A DNA stretch of 64,000 nucleotides from an uncultured delta proteobacterium (lineage in GTDB: Bacteria > Desulfobacterota > Binatia > UBA9968): positions 320,001-384,000 of the forward strand of contig CAVUZH010000014.1 in NCBI GenBank assembly GCA_963745835.1, given 5' to 3'. The translations under genes and the position numbers were made by a program. The notes under the pieces were generated by a model. The model did not search any database. It saw only the letters and a program-made list of their open reading frames with translations, and was not told the origin of the DNA. Below are positions 30,697-41,622 of this stretch, one piece after another. Position 1 is the stretch's first letter; every line of letters begins with the position of its first letter.

Positions 30697-30912
30697 TCGT
30701 CACACCGAAGCGCGCAAAACTTGCACGTTGAGTCAGTACAAGCTCACTAATCTTTGGCAGCTCACCCGATGTTTATGTCAGGGTGTGAGTTGCTTGGAGC
30801 TGTTTAATGGAAGAGCTCAGCGGTTCGACATTGAGGTTCGCGATTTCCGGTGAGATATTCAAGACGAAGTAGGCCGAGTTCTGCAGCTAGCTAGGGAGTG
30901 CACAACGCACGA

Positions 30913-31015
30913 GCCTTGAACCGTGTGAAGGATCAGGTAGACCATAGCTCAACTAACATGACAGTGGACATCTCTAGGCATTTGGTACAGGGCGGCAATC
31001 GTCAATAAGTTGGAC
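30913..31015 (+). pseudogene. C-terminal relic of a tyrosine integrase
   Basis: ALNRVKDQVDHSSTNMTVDISRHLVQGGNRQ, then VNKLD after a shift; matches the integrase box II pattern 'YVKDQLGHSSIxMTVDIYGHL' with the catalytic Tyr changed to Ser. Confidence 0.7.
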
Positions 31016-31115
31016 TACGCGCTACCGGCACCCGCCAGAAACAAGATTGGAACCCAATAGGGGGAGACAACTGTAAAGAAGATTAGACTTTCGGGAAGTA
31101 AGTTTTTGAAAACGA

Positions 31116-31160
31116 TGGCGCGCCCGGAGGGATTCGAACCCCCAGCCCTCAGATCCGAAG
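31116..31160 (-). mobile_element. att-like site: 3' half of tRNA-Arg(TCG), copy 1
   Basis: Minus strand CTTCGGATCTGAGGGCTGGGGGTTCGAATCCCTCCGGGCGCGCCA gives anticodon loop, T-loop and CCA; no 5' half. Confidence 0.85.
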
Positions 31161-31266
31161 AATGGCGCAAGACAGAACAGGATGGATTCAGGCGAGGAAT
31201 TACGCCGCGAAATGCCGGTCCACCCCACTTTCTTTGCACCTGAGTTCATGCCGTTGCATCCAGATT

Positions 31267-31286
31267 TGGAGACAAGTTGGAGACAA
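31267..31286 (+). repeat. Tandem TGGAGACAA integrase arm-type repeats
   Basis: TGGAGACAA at 31267 and 31278; related copies at 31063, 53737 and 53749. Confidence 0.6.
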
Positions 31287-31563
31287 TTACAGATCGAGGA
31301 GAGCGCAGCCGCGGCGCGAGGTCTAACGACACGACTTATGCTCAGGTTAACCACTGCTCAGCGCAGCCCCTTGCTTTATTCGCTGGGGGTCGTCAACTGC
31401 CGGGAAAGACGCACGTGAAAAAAGGAAAAATGTCGTTGGGGTTGCGCAAAGGAACCGGAACCCGAAGCGAGATTCGTGGGAACTGCTGGCGCAATTGGAA
31501 TCGAATCTATGCCGATCGGAAGCAAAAAGAGGCAGCTGCAGAGAAGAAGCCGTTGAGTTTAGC

Positions 31564-32665
31564 TGTATAAGTCAATACCTGATCTGACAGTCGATTGGAT
31601 GAGTTCCTCGTCGTCAGTCATGTTTTCATTCCTCCACTCACGCCGCAATCATTTTTTCTTTGGCCAAAGGTATGCTATTGCTAATGTTTGCATTGGAGTT
31701 TCTCCGTAGCACCACCTGCCCTGGGTGGGGACGTTCTTCGTTGTAGAGCTTCAGCCATGAATCCAGATCGGCTTGAAGTTCATCAAGTGTCCTATAGATC
31801 TTCTTGCGAAACGCTACCCGGTAGAACTCATTGAGAACGTTCTTGTGAAAGCGTTCACAGATGCCATTGGTCTGGGGGCTCTTGATCTTGGTTCGCGTGT
31901 GATCGATATTTTCCACCGCCAGGTACAATTCATATTCGTGACCATCTGTTCCGCAGTACTCTGTTCCCCGATCTGTTAGCTAGAGCTTGGCCATGGAGAC
32001 CTTACTATAGGTATCGATGAAGGTCTGTTGATAGATCCGTCCCACTCCCTTTAAGGTCCCTACATAGAAAGTATCCTGTGCTCCACAATATCCAGGACAC
32101 TCACTCTCAAATTCCCCATGCGCCTCTTTGTCCTCTTTGGCTTTCTCCAAAACCGCAATCTGGGCGTCAGTCAAGACTAACCCCTCCTGGAGGCTCTTGG
32201 CCTCCAGAGCTTTGAGCCGCTTCTTGATATTCTCCAGATCATGACGTAGCCAAACGCAATGGACTCCGGCCGGTGAGATCGATATTGCTTTTCTCTTAAG
32301 TTCATTAGCAACTCGCACTTGCCCCCACGCCGGCTCTTCGATCGCTAACTCCACTACCGCACTTTCAACCTTTTCTGCTATCCGATTCCTTAGGTTCGGC
32401 TTGCTCCGCGAAATCTCTCGCAGCGCTGATTCTCCGCCGGTCTCGTAGAGATCCTTGAACCGATAGAAACTGTCGCGGCTGTACCCCATCACTCGACAGG
32501 CTTTCGACACATTGCCCAGCTGCTTGCCCAGCTCCAATAAACCTACCTTCGTCTTAATCACCTTTTCTGCCGTCGTCATCTTCCTCGCTCCTTTCTCTCT
32601 CCTTGAGAGTCTGAGAATCGGCGAGGACTTTACCATGCCTGTCAGACTAAGTCTTAACACTTACA
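31564..32665 (-). mobile_element. IS481-family insertion sequence with a disrupted transposase
   Basis: ORFs 31980-32660 ([29 protein letters not shown]) and 31638-31928 (SPQTNGICERFHK, YNEERPH); 27-bp TGT-start imperfect terminal inverted repeats (19/27); flanks GTTTAGC and GCTTAGC. Confidence 0.9.
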
Positions 32666-33346
32666 GCTTAGCCCAGCGTACGGCACCAGTTCTTGCTGCC
32701 CTTCTTGGCGCCGCCGGTTTTTGTTCCTTTAGCCATTTCCAGATTTTTCTAAATTAGATATTCCCATTTCCCTCTACATCAATAACCTCGACATCGCTGA
32801 CCTCCGTTAAATACGCCGCAGGATTAGCCATCTTGCCTCTGCAATGCTGAATAGCCTCATCTTTCGTAGAGCCCACATCCACCGCACGCACACACCCCGC
32901 TTCTTGCGCCCGCCGGTTTTTCTCGCTTCGCCATTTTCTAAATATTTTCTAAATAGAACCGGGCGGTTACGTTTTAAGAACAGGCTGAAGAAAGAGATTT
33001 CCGAGTACCGATTAAAAAGTCTTTGGAGGTGAGCATGGAAAGGAAGCCATTAAAACTGACAGCGAGATTCAGGAGTTCATAAAGGAGCACTACGGCAGTG
33101 TCGAGAATTACTTGCCTAGGCGCAACGATAAGCCGCCATTATCCAGTCCGATGCCTCAGTGGTGCGCAAGAGCGCAGCGGAGGTATTCCTGGACCTCTGC
33201 GATGCGAAGGCTAAGAGCCTCGGCATGAATCGCGAGGCATCTTTCAAATAGTATCCCGAGCAGTATCGGCGATAAGGCGAGCTGGTGACCGGCGATTACT
33301 GAACCGGACGGCGTCATCGTCCTATTATTTTGAAGGTTGCTTGAGA

Positions 33347-34291
33347 TTAGTTAGATATCACAACCTCCACCCGTCTGTTCATAAGTTGTCCCTGCTTAGT
33401 TTCATTGGACGCCACCGGATAGGCTTCCCCAAGCCCGCGCGCAGTAACCCGATCCGCTGCAATACCATTTGCAACCAACAATCTACGAACCGCATCGGCA
33501 CGGCGTTGAGACAGCGCTAGATTGTAAGCGTCCGAGCCGACGCTGTCGGTGTGACCCTCGATCGTTACCCCTCTGGAAGAATTCTCTTTGAGAAACGAGA
33601 CCAGAGGCTGGAGATTGCGCACTGCCCCGGGTTTTAGGTCTGCCTGGTCAAATTCGAACAGCACATCCCCCAACGTAAGCACTAGACCACGCTCAGTTTG
33701 TTTTACGTTTGCTTGAAGCGCTTGCATCTGTTGTTCAAGTTCTTTCCTCTCGGCTTCTATCTGAGCCGCGGTCTTGCGAGCTTGATCGGCGTCTTGCGCT
33801 CGAGCTAGTGCCTCTTCTTGCGCTTTTTTCGCCTGCGATTGCGCTGCAGTTGCCTGCTGCCGCGCCAGTTCTGCTTCTTGCGCTCTAACTTCAGCTTCCC
33901 TGCGGGTCCTTGCTATTTCCCGTTCGCGAGCTTCGAGGACAATTTTTTGACGCTCAGCGCTCAATCGCTCAATGTCTCTCTCGACTAGGTTGCGTTCAGC
34001 AACTGCCCGAGCGATCTCGACCTGCTGCTTCGTCACATATGCTAAATGTTCAACTTCATCTCGGTCTTCGTCTTTTTCCCATACCTGTTCAGCGTCGGCC
34101 AATGTCTTCTGTGCATCATGCAATGCAACCGCGGCGTTACCCGTCATGTTGGGACTCTGTTCGGCCTGCCGGTATGATGTCTGGGCTTCTAGGAGCGCGG
34201 CTGGCGGAGTCGCGCTGCAGCCACCGGCGAGTACGGCGGTTAGGGCGAACGCAGTTAGGGAATGGTCTTTAGAAAAACGCCTTAGGTTCAT
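33347..34291 (-). CDS. DUF4398 + OmpA/MotB C-terminal domain lipoprotein
   Basis: Lipobox AGGC; coiled coil; GDVLFEFD, IEGHTDSVG, LSQRRA and NRRVEV motifs. Confidence 0.9.
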   Translation of the reverse strand: MNLRRFSKDHSLTAFALTAVLAGGCSATPPAALLEAQTSYRQAEQSPNMTGNAAVALHDAQKTLADAEQVWEKDEDRDEVEHLAYVTKQQVEIARAVAERNLVERDIERLSAERQKIVLEAREREIARTRREAEVRAQEAELARQQATAAQSQAKKAQEEALARAQDADQARKTAAQIEAERKELEQQMQALQANVKQTERGLVLTLGDVLFEFDQADLKPGAVRNLQPLVSFLKENSSRGVTIEGHTDSVGSDAYNLALSQRRADAVRRLLVANGIAADRVTARGLGEAYPVASNETKQGQLMNRRVEVVISN

Positions 34292-34321
34292 TATTATTCT
34301 CCTTTTGTGATTGGGGCACAG

Positions 34322-34702
34322 TTATCTGATCGATCCTCGCTGCGCCTCGGCACGTAAGGACTCAATAGTTTTTTGCAACTCGGCGGCATTGCGGCGGGCC
34401 ATCTCTGAGTTGGCTTTGCTTTCGGCTAAGCGAGCATCCACCAAAGCTGCCTCTGCCAGTCGTCGCGCCTTTAGATACTCTTCATTCCTCATGGCTTTCT
34501 CAGCTTGAGCGAACTTTTCCTGTGCTTTGCGCAGTTCCAACGGCGCATACTGAGAGGCTTTGCTCTGATCTGCCTGGCGTATAGCCAATTGGGCTTGAGA
34601 TATCGTGGCTGTCGGAGGCTGCACCGAGCTACATCCGACCACTCCCATCGTCCCGGACATAGCAATAACAAGAAAAGACTTCTTCAATCTGAAATCTGAC
34701 AT
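34322..34702 (-). CDS. DUF4398 lipoprotein
   Basis: VVGC lipobox; ASQYAPLELRKAQEK and ARRLAEAALVDARLAE motifs; typical partner of the OmpA gene. Confidence 0.85.
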   Translation of the reverse strand: MSDFRLKKSFLVIAMSGTMGVVGCSSVQPPTATISQAQLAIRQADQSKASQYAPLELRKAQEKFAQAEKAMRNEEYLKARRLAEAALVDARLAESKANSEMARRNAAELQKTIESLRAEAQRGSIR

Positions 34703-34800
34703 GATTGCGCTCCCTTTGGATGACTTTCGGATCACCAACAGGCTCGTATTGCTCAATTGAAGTTGTAGACTAGATACAAACCAGCTTGTACTACTAAGGT

Positions 34801-34815
34801 GCAAACTATCTGCCA
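34801..34815 (-). promoter_or_regulatory. Sigma-54 promoter candidate
   Basis: Minus strand TGGCAGATAGTTTGC, about 100 bp upstream of the DUF4398 gene. Confidence 0.55.
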
Positions 34816-35457
34816 ATCGGCATGACAAACAACGTCGATGGTGATTTTTGCTGTCCCTAAGAAGAGGAAAACCGGTCTTTCGAGGCCAACAGCTATTCGC
34901 AAGCCACCTTACATTCTTGCGAAAGGGACAGAGTGAGCATCACTGCGTTGCAAAATCGATAAAGCTAAGCCAATCCTCTCCAGATGTTATAGGTCACGAG
35001 GTTCGGGAAAAGAATTCAGTGAATGCCAATATTTTTGCGAATTACAGGCGGCAAGACTCCATGACCTACCTGGTTGCCGCTATTCTCCTTACCGAAAAAA
35101 ATCAATCAAGGGCATTGCGCAACATGTCTTCATGACGTTTCTAGCGAGCAAAGTATTTCAAGCAGCTTTCCATTGATCCGGACTTGGATGCCGTGTTTGG
35201 GATAAGTTTGCTCCACTACCCGGGTAGGGGCTCGATTTTGAAATCAATATCACGCGACCCAATGTAAACCCGCGGTGGATATGGACGCTGAGTGCAATCG
35301 TGGCGATGCGTGGGATGTGACGTCACGTTGCTGAGGGCGAAAGAGTCCTCCGGCTCTTAGCTCCGCCTTTGCTGTGGAGGGTGTGAGCCGCCTGGTAAGC
35401 GGCTCGCGGTAACCGCTGGTACCTCTGGCAACCCTCCACGCAAAGTACCATTGGTAA

Positions 35458-35642
35458 TTACTGAGTTGTCGGATTTAGAATGCGCTGATACACCGTACAC
35501 TCTTCGAGCAGCTTCTGTTTGAACTCCGCGTCCGTGATGACGCCGTTCTCTATCAGCAGCTTGGCGAGCGCATCTGTCATTCCGAGGGTCGGGACCATGA
35601 GTTCTTGCAGCGATACGGGTTTGCCTTTTTCGTGTCTGTCAT
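35458..35642 (-). pseudogene. Small conserved protein (~61 aa), one frameshift
   Basis: EKGKPVSLQELMVPTLGMTDALAKLLIENGVITDAEFKQKLLEE...ILNPTTQ; AGGAG RBS overlapping the upstream stop; paralog at 52388-52574. Confidence 0.65.
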
Positions 35643-35650
35643 TGGGACTC

Positions 35651-36575
35651 CTATCTGATCACGCTATCGGCCTCGCCAACATATTCTGAGGGATAATTAC
35701 GCCAATCTGCTTCGCCGTTTTGAGATTTAACACCAGCTCAAGTTTTGTCGGCTGCTCTATAGGCAGATCGGCAGGCTTGGCTCCTTTCAGGATTCTGTCC
35801 ACGTAATGTGCGACGCGCCGGTAGCTGTCCACCAGGTCCGCCCCGTAGAATATGAGCCCGCCGGCATCTACAGCTTCTCTGTTGTTGTATATTGATGGTA
35901 ACCGGCTCTTTAAGGCGAAGCCCGCGATCCTTCCATAGTTAGCAGACGTCTGCGTGCCGGAGAGTGCGTAGAGTGCATCCGGGCGCTCCTTGTTAAACCT
36001 AGAAATGCGGGCTCGAAATCGTCTGCGTCTGGTACCTCCCAAGGCTGAACAGTCAATTTCAGCACGCGTGCGGTCACTGGCAGAATCTCTTTCACCTCCC
36101 GTATCTGGGACGTATTGCCGGGATGATAAAGGACCGCGACGCGGCCAAGTTTGGGGACCGCTTCTTTGAGCAGCTCCAGCCGTTTCCCGCCTAGTTCTCT
36201 GGCAAAGTTTGTAAGGCCGGTGACGTTGCCGCCGGGGCGGGCAAGGCTTTCAACCAGCCCTGCCTCAACGGGTTCGGATCCGCCCGTCATAACACGATGG
36301 GAATCGTCTTGGTCGCATTCTTGAGCGTCCGCGCCGGACTGTTTCCTCCTGATACCACGATGATATCAACCTTCAGACGCACCAGCTCCGCCGCAAACTC
36401 AGGAAACCGGTCGCGCTTCCCGTCCGCGTATCGGTATTCGAACGCGATGTTCTGTCCTTCTAGTGGGATTGCCCGGCAATAGATATCCTATCCGCGGGAC
36501 TTTCTTCGCCTGCTGCGCCTCGGCAAAATGGATAGTCGCTAAGATAAAGCCAATCAGCAAAAGTACAGCCTTCAT
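35651..36575 (-). pseudogene. ABC_sub_bind (PF04392-like) substrate-binding protein A, with internal deletion and frameshifts
   Basis: GLVESLARPGGNVTG and KGAKPADLPIEQPTKLEL motifs; the segment after PGNPT is missing relative to paralog E. Confidence 0.85.
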
Positions 36576-36588
36576 GCCTGATGCCCTG

Positions 36589-37561
36589 TCACTTAATCAC
36601 CCTGTCTGCTCCCGCCAGCACATTCGGCGGAATCGTGAGGCCGATTTGTTTTGCCGTTTTAAGATTAATGACCAGCTCGAACTTGGTCGGCTGCTCAACC
36701 GGTAAATCGGCGGGCTTTGCGCCTTTCAAAATCTTGTCGACATACATAGCTGCCCGCCGAAACAAGTCGGTACTGCTCTCGGTGTACGTCATCAGGCCCC
36801 CGACCTTCACAAATTCTACCCTGTCGTAGATCGCCGGTAGCCGACTCTTTACCGCAAGTTCGACAATCTCGGATCGGTGAGCCGATGCGACCCGCACGCC
36901 ACGAACATAAGGACTGCGTCAGCACGCCCCTCGCCTGCGGCTCGGAATGCAGTCTCAATATCCTTGGGACTTAGTACGTCCAGGTATTGAAGCTTCACCC
37001 CGATCGCCCCGGCCGAGAGGTCCACCTCTTTTAAAGATTGTGCGTTGCCCGGTCGGGTCGAAGTTCCGAAGACAGCAGCACGGGTGAGCTTAGGAAGGAT
37101 TTCTTTCAGCAGGTCCAGTTGCTTTCCGCTTAACTCCGGGACCAGCGTGGACAGCCCGGTGATATTCCCACCAGGTCGCGCCAGGCTATCGACGAAGCCG
37201 GAGGCAACTGGATCGGCATCTTGCGCCATCATCGTTACAGTTGCTTTCTTTGCCGCGCGGGTCGGCGTCGGGCCGCCCGTAATGATAATGTCTACCTTGA
37301 GACGCACAAGTTCAGCGGCGAGCCCAGGCAGCCGTTCCGCTTTCCCCTCTGCAGATCGCCACTCAATGATAATGTCTTTCTCCTCCACATACCCAAGCTC
37401 GCGCAGTCCCGTCTTGACTGCGTCGATGCGGGCCGAATTAGCGGAAAGGAAAGTGCCGGTCAAGTATCCTAGCCGCGGGACTTTTGTTTGCTGCGCGCCT
37501 CGGCAAGCTGAACGTGCGTAAGAAGTAGAGTCGCGACTAGCCAGAGGATCTTTCTGATCAT
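36589..37561 (-). pseudogene. ABC_sub_bind substrate-binding protein B, frameshifted
   Basis: MIRKILWLVATLLL signal; LRELGYVE, SLARPGGNITG and GAKPADLPVEQPTKFELVINLKTAKQIG motifs. Confidence 0.85.
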
Positions 37562-37578
37562 GGGCGTTATCTCTTACC

Positions 37579-37593
37579 GCAACGGATATGCCA
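37579..37593 (-). promoter_or_regulatory. Sigma-54 promoter candidate
   Basis: Minus strand TGGCATATCCGTTGC, just upstream of binding protein B. Confidence 0.45.
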
Positions 37594-37758
37594 CAAAAAG
37601 AAGCTGATGGACACCGGATTTTTCTCGAGTCTGCAGACGACAGTGTAGTGCTTCGACTACAGGGAGGTATCAGATTTCATTCTTAGTCTCTCACACGACC
37701 AATCTGCTGCGCATCAAGCTGACTGCGGTTGATCGTAAACGAAGCCGTAGAGGTATGT

Positions 37759-38594
37759 TTATCTCAACGTCTCATCCAGCAGCCACGTCAGCCTCGCTCC
37801 GGCTTGCGCTAAGCGAGTCCCCGAATCACAGCGCGTGCGGGTTCGATGTAAGTTGCATCGTTCTCGCCCGACGCAGGTAGCCGATAAGCTTGCGCCCTTA
37901 CGGTTGCCAGCGATTTTAGCGCCCATTCTGCCGGCATCCCTTGCTGCCATTGCTTAACATCATCACTTGTTACCGCAGCTGGATTCGCGCCGCAACCTCT
38001 GCGGGAGTGCCTTGCTCTAACTCAACCAGAGCCGTGTCCCACAACGAGTGCCAGGTTTTCTTTCCTGTCATTGAAGCGCACGTCAACACTGTTGCCGCCA
38101 CGATCCTCAGTGAACCCACCGTGAAGCGGCTGATGAATGTCGCCGACCAGGTGAGCCACGAACCGCAGGGGGTAGTACGCTTCTCATTGCGTGGTGCGTC
38201 TGCTGACTTCAGCACCTGCACATACCACGCGATAGCCTCAATGACACAGTTGCGCAGTTTGCAGTCACGCTGCTGGTCGTATGAGTTGGTGCCCTTGGAA
38301 AGTTGATGAAGTGTACGGGTCCAGTCGGGAATCTGGCGTCCCCGCTTTGTCCGGCGACGTCGATGCGTCGGCTAACGTCGTGCCTTGCGGGAGAAGCTCT
38401 TTTATTCGCCTACGTGCAGTGTCGGTGAGATGAGTCTCGGCGATGGCGACGACGATTTCATGGCCTTTGCTGCCCCAGGGGTAAGCAGGTGAAATGAGAA
38501 TGCCGAGCAGCCAAAGGGTAGCGGCGACAAAGAGCCATAAAATGTTCAGTCCAAGATCGTCTAAGCGGCGTAGCCGAACGGCAGAACAGCACAT
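37759..38594 (-). pseudogene. S1/P1 nuclease, multiply frameshifted
   Basis: Signal peptide then WGSKGHEIVVAIAETHL; LADAST.PD; AHLVGDIHQPLH; HSLWD; RLAQAGARLTWLLD. Confidence 0.85.
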
Positions 38595-38777
38595 TAGTCG
38601 GGTATTTTCTGCATAAGAACGGCGGTGTCAACCTCATTGCGCAACGCGCTATGCCTCACTGTGGCAAATCTGCCTGCAAAACTCTTCTACACAACACTAT
38701 CAGGTGTATCGCGGTAGTTTTGATGAAAGAAGGAGCGACAACAATAGACAGACATTACCAATACCTCGGCATAATGC

Positions 38778-39950
38778 GTGCGCTTGCTGTTGCGCATGCG
38801 CTTGCCGAGCCGAATCAAAGTCCCCACGATAGTTTTCAGGGTCGAATCTGACAAAGGCTTTCTCCTGATCGCAGTGTTGGCGCTTCTATCAGTGCTCACA
38901 TTGTTGGGAACCACCGCCGCCTTACTTACAAGGACTGATACCAAGATCAGCGGCAACTTCAAAAACAACCAGACGGTGCTCCAGGTGGCGATGGGTGGAG
39001 CGGAACGAGCGCGTCAGGCACTCAGAATAGAAAACTCTTCAAGCAGTGACAGTGGCTCCTTCAGCGACGAGCTCAACAGTTCCGCCCGCAAAGGGGCCAA
39101 TGGAGTTCTCAACGGTTACAGTATGGCCACTGATGACCAAGCTATCACTAGTGGAACGCTGAACGGAATTTCATACTCGGCTTATCTGACCAACGATCCT
39201 GCTGACGGGATATCGAACACCACGGATGCTAACGGCAAAGTGTTGCTCACCTCGGTGGCAAGTGGTCCGAACAGTTCTAAAGCACGCGTCGAGATTACAG
39301 TACAAGTGAATACCGCAGCTTCTTCCAGTGAAGCGGTCGTTTACTCTAAGGGCGACATCACGGGTAATGGTTCTTCCTTAACCATCACGGGGGCCGACGC
39401 TTGCGGAGCGGGCACGGGACTGGGGCCGATATATACTATGGATCCGGCCACCACGACTCTCAACGGAAGTCCCACGCTTTCCGGTACTCCACCAACACCA
39501 CAACACGGGACATTGAACGTCGATATTCAGGGCCTGATCAACACTTTCAGGCCGAGCGCCACTAGCACGATTACTGCGGACCAAAACGGTGCCAGTTACG
39601 GTAGCTCTACAAATTACGTGACGGTCTATTCCGATACCGAAGATCCTTCAAATACTCAGGGACTAAAGCTTCAAAATGTCACAGGCTACGGGATTCTTCT
39701 GGTGAAGGGAGACTTAGTTTTGGGTGGAGGATTTACTTGGAACGGGATTATCTATGCTACCGGATCAGTCACTCTGAACGGCGGTGGCGGCGCTGGAATT
39801 AATGTTCACGGGCAAGTTTATGCGGGAACATCGACGGTGACCGACGTCACAATCAACGGTAGCAATACCTTGGGATATGATAGTTGTGCAGTTAAGAAAG
39901 CCTTAGCCAGTCAAGCCTTCAAAGTTGTTAGCTGGAAACAGGATTACTGA
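38778..39950 (+). CDS. PilX-like type IV pilus minor pilin
   Basis: Class III-like signal KG|FLLIAVLALLSVLTLLG; ISGNFK...QVAMGGAE; GYGILLVKGDL; C-terminal VVSWKQ. Confidence 0.75.
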   Translation: MRLLLRMRLPSRIKVPTIVFRVESDKGFLLIAVLALLSVLTLLGTTAALLTRTDTKISGNFKNNQTVLQVAMGGAERARQALRIENSSSSDSGSFSDELNSSARKGANGVLNGYSMATDDQAITSGTLNGISYSAYLTNDPADGISNTTDANGKVLLTSVASGPNSSKARVEITVQVNTAASSSEAVVYSKGDITGNGSSLTITGADACGAGTGLGPIYTMDPATTTLNGSPTLSGTPPTPQHGTLNVDIQGLINTFRPSATSTITADQNGASYGSSTNYVTVYSDTEDPSNTQGLKLQNVTGYGILLVKGDLVLGGGFTWNGIIYATGSVTLNGGGGAGINVHGQVYAGTSTVTDVTINGSNTLGYDSCAVKKALASQAFKVVSWKQDY

Positions 39951-40022
39951 TTGCCCTTTGGCAGCCGCTCCGGAAGACGTCAAGCAGAGACTCGTCGTTC
40001 GTTTCCTGTTGCGGGTTAATAC

Positions 40023-40346
40023 TTACTTCTGCGTATCGCCGGAACCAATCTCGACTCGTAGCTTTCCCGCCAGCTCAGGGATGTTGGCCTCAATAAACGG
40101 CCGCAGTTTAAGGCTTAGCTGTTCCTCAATCGGCAACCGAGCCTCACCTTCGCGCATATTGCGCTCATGCTGCGCGATTTCGGCATCTAGTTCACTGATA
40201 CGCTTCAGCATTGCTTCACGTTCGAGAGTTCTTTGTGGGTCCAGCATGTGGCGCAGGTTATATCTCTGAGAAGTGTCGGGAGTAAGGACTCTGCGGGGCG
40301 CTGCAATAATTGGATCTTTGTTGCCAGATAGCGCCGCGCTGAACAC
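40023..40346 (-). CDS. Hypothetical coiled-coil protein
   Basis: ORF track; helical pattern LEREAMLKRISELDAEIAQHE. Confidence 0.35.
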   Translation of the reverse strand: MFSAALSGNKDPIIAAPRRVLTPDTSQRYNLRHMLDPQRTLEREAMLKRISELDAEIAQHERNMREGEARLPIEEQLSLKLRPFIEANIPELAGKLRVEIGSGDTQK

Positions 40347-40632
40347 TTCTACGAATCCTGCCGGATGTTTGTCAATTTGTTGGCGTGCCGTGTCAACGAT
40401 TGCTTGCTAAGAGCCGTCGTCGAAGATGCCCCTACGTGTCCTTTTGAAGAAAATTCATAAAATGTGCGCCGGGTCTCATTTTTGCGCTTTCAAATGATCG
40501 TGGAGGCAGCATGTTAAGCGATTTGATCACACGGACGGCGACGGTGCTCGCAGTGGTATCCACAATGGCTATTTGGCTTTTCCTGTAGCTTGATTGCCAT
40601 GGGTAACGGATCAGAACGGATAACGGCGGCCA

Positions 40633-40999
40633 ATGAAAATTTTGGTCGTCGAAGATAACGAGGCTATGCGCGATCTATTGGCTCGTATATTAGAAAGAAT
40701 GGGCTATGTTCCAGTCTTAGCGAGTCACGGTAAAGAAGGCTTAGAGAAAGCTATCGCAGAGAAGCCGAACTTAATTATAATGGACATGATGATGCCGGTA
40801 ATGGACGGCTGGGAGACAGCGAGAGCCCTTCGCGCCAATCCCGACACGAAGAATATTCCGATTTTGGCAACAACCGCGCTGTCTCGACCTCGTGAACTAA
40901 AAAGCTGCTTGGATGCCCGGCTGCAACGGCTACATCGTAAAGCCGTTTAGCGTTCGGAATCTCCAGCGCAAAATTAAAAAACTGTTAGCCGGCCAGTGA
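40633..40999 (+). CDS. Single-domain response regulator (DivK/CheY-like) with a frameshift near the 3' end
   Basis: ILVVEDN, IMDMMMPVMDGWE and IPILATTA motifs; GCNGYIVKPFS continues in a shifted frame. Confidence 0.85.
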
Positions 41000-41228
41000 T
41001 AGTTGTTTGGTTGACCGTTGCTCCTCTATGCGGATTCAGCATGTAGCTATCGCCTGACTGGTGACGAGCAGGCTGTTTGCCCTTGATGACGATCCAAGCC
41101 AGTCGATAACCGCATTTGAGGCAATGCCCGTTGACAGCACGCACTGGCATGTGGCGTCCCCAATCTCGCAATACAATGCCGACATAGCCGTTACAGCGCG
41201 GACACGGTCGAGCTAGGTAGGTTGCCAT
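40974..41228 (-). CDS. Zinc-ribbon hypothetical protein
   Basis: CPRC...CLKC; a degenerate second copy (MATYLARPCPR) at 42677-42772. Confidence 0.6.
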   Translation of the reverse strand: MATYLARPCPRCNGYVGIVLRDWGRHMPVRAVNGHCLKCGYRLAWIVIKGKQPARHQSGDSYMLNPHRGATVNQTTITGRLTVF

Positions 41229-41286
41229 AACTTTGGGCTGCGGTTCGGCTGTTATCAAAACTGTTCTAAGTGCCAGAAAAGCTTTT

Positions 41287-41622
41287 TTACGCCGAGATTT
41301 TCATTTGTTGCGTCTTCGATCTGATTACAAGCTCATCTGGAGTTTTTATTCGGTGCTTCTTGGCCAATCGCGAGCGAATGAAACTTGGGTCCACATTAAT
41401 GACATGACAAGTCCAAATAAAACTGCCTACCTCATCACTATTGGAGGCAAACCATTCTCTCGCATAAGTTTGTGTTGACCTTGGGCTCAATTGTGTACGC
41501 CTACCCAGGTCATCTATCGCCTGTAGTATAACGGCAGTCCAAAGTTCTGCTTCCGGTAATATGCGCTGATCCGTACCCATTCCACAGACTACGCCAAATC
41601 GATTGAGGTAATTCGGTTTCAT
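41287..41622 (-). CDS. Phage-type hypothetical protein
   Basis: GGAGG RBS; LWTAVILQAIDD...AREWF...GSFIWTC pattern, resembling small prophage proteins. Confidence 0.55.
   Translation of the reverse strand: MKPNYLNRFGVVCGMGTDQRILPEAELWTAVILQAIDDLGRRTQLSPRSTQTYAREWFASNSDEVGSFIWTCHVINVDPSFIRSRLAKKHRIKTPDELVIRSKTQQMKISA

Noticed and set aside
31116-31160. Functional tRNA-Arg genes here and at 53802
   Set aside because: Both lack the 5' acceptor strand, D arm and 5' anticodon stem.
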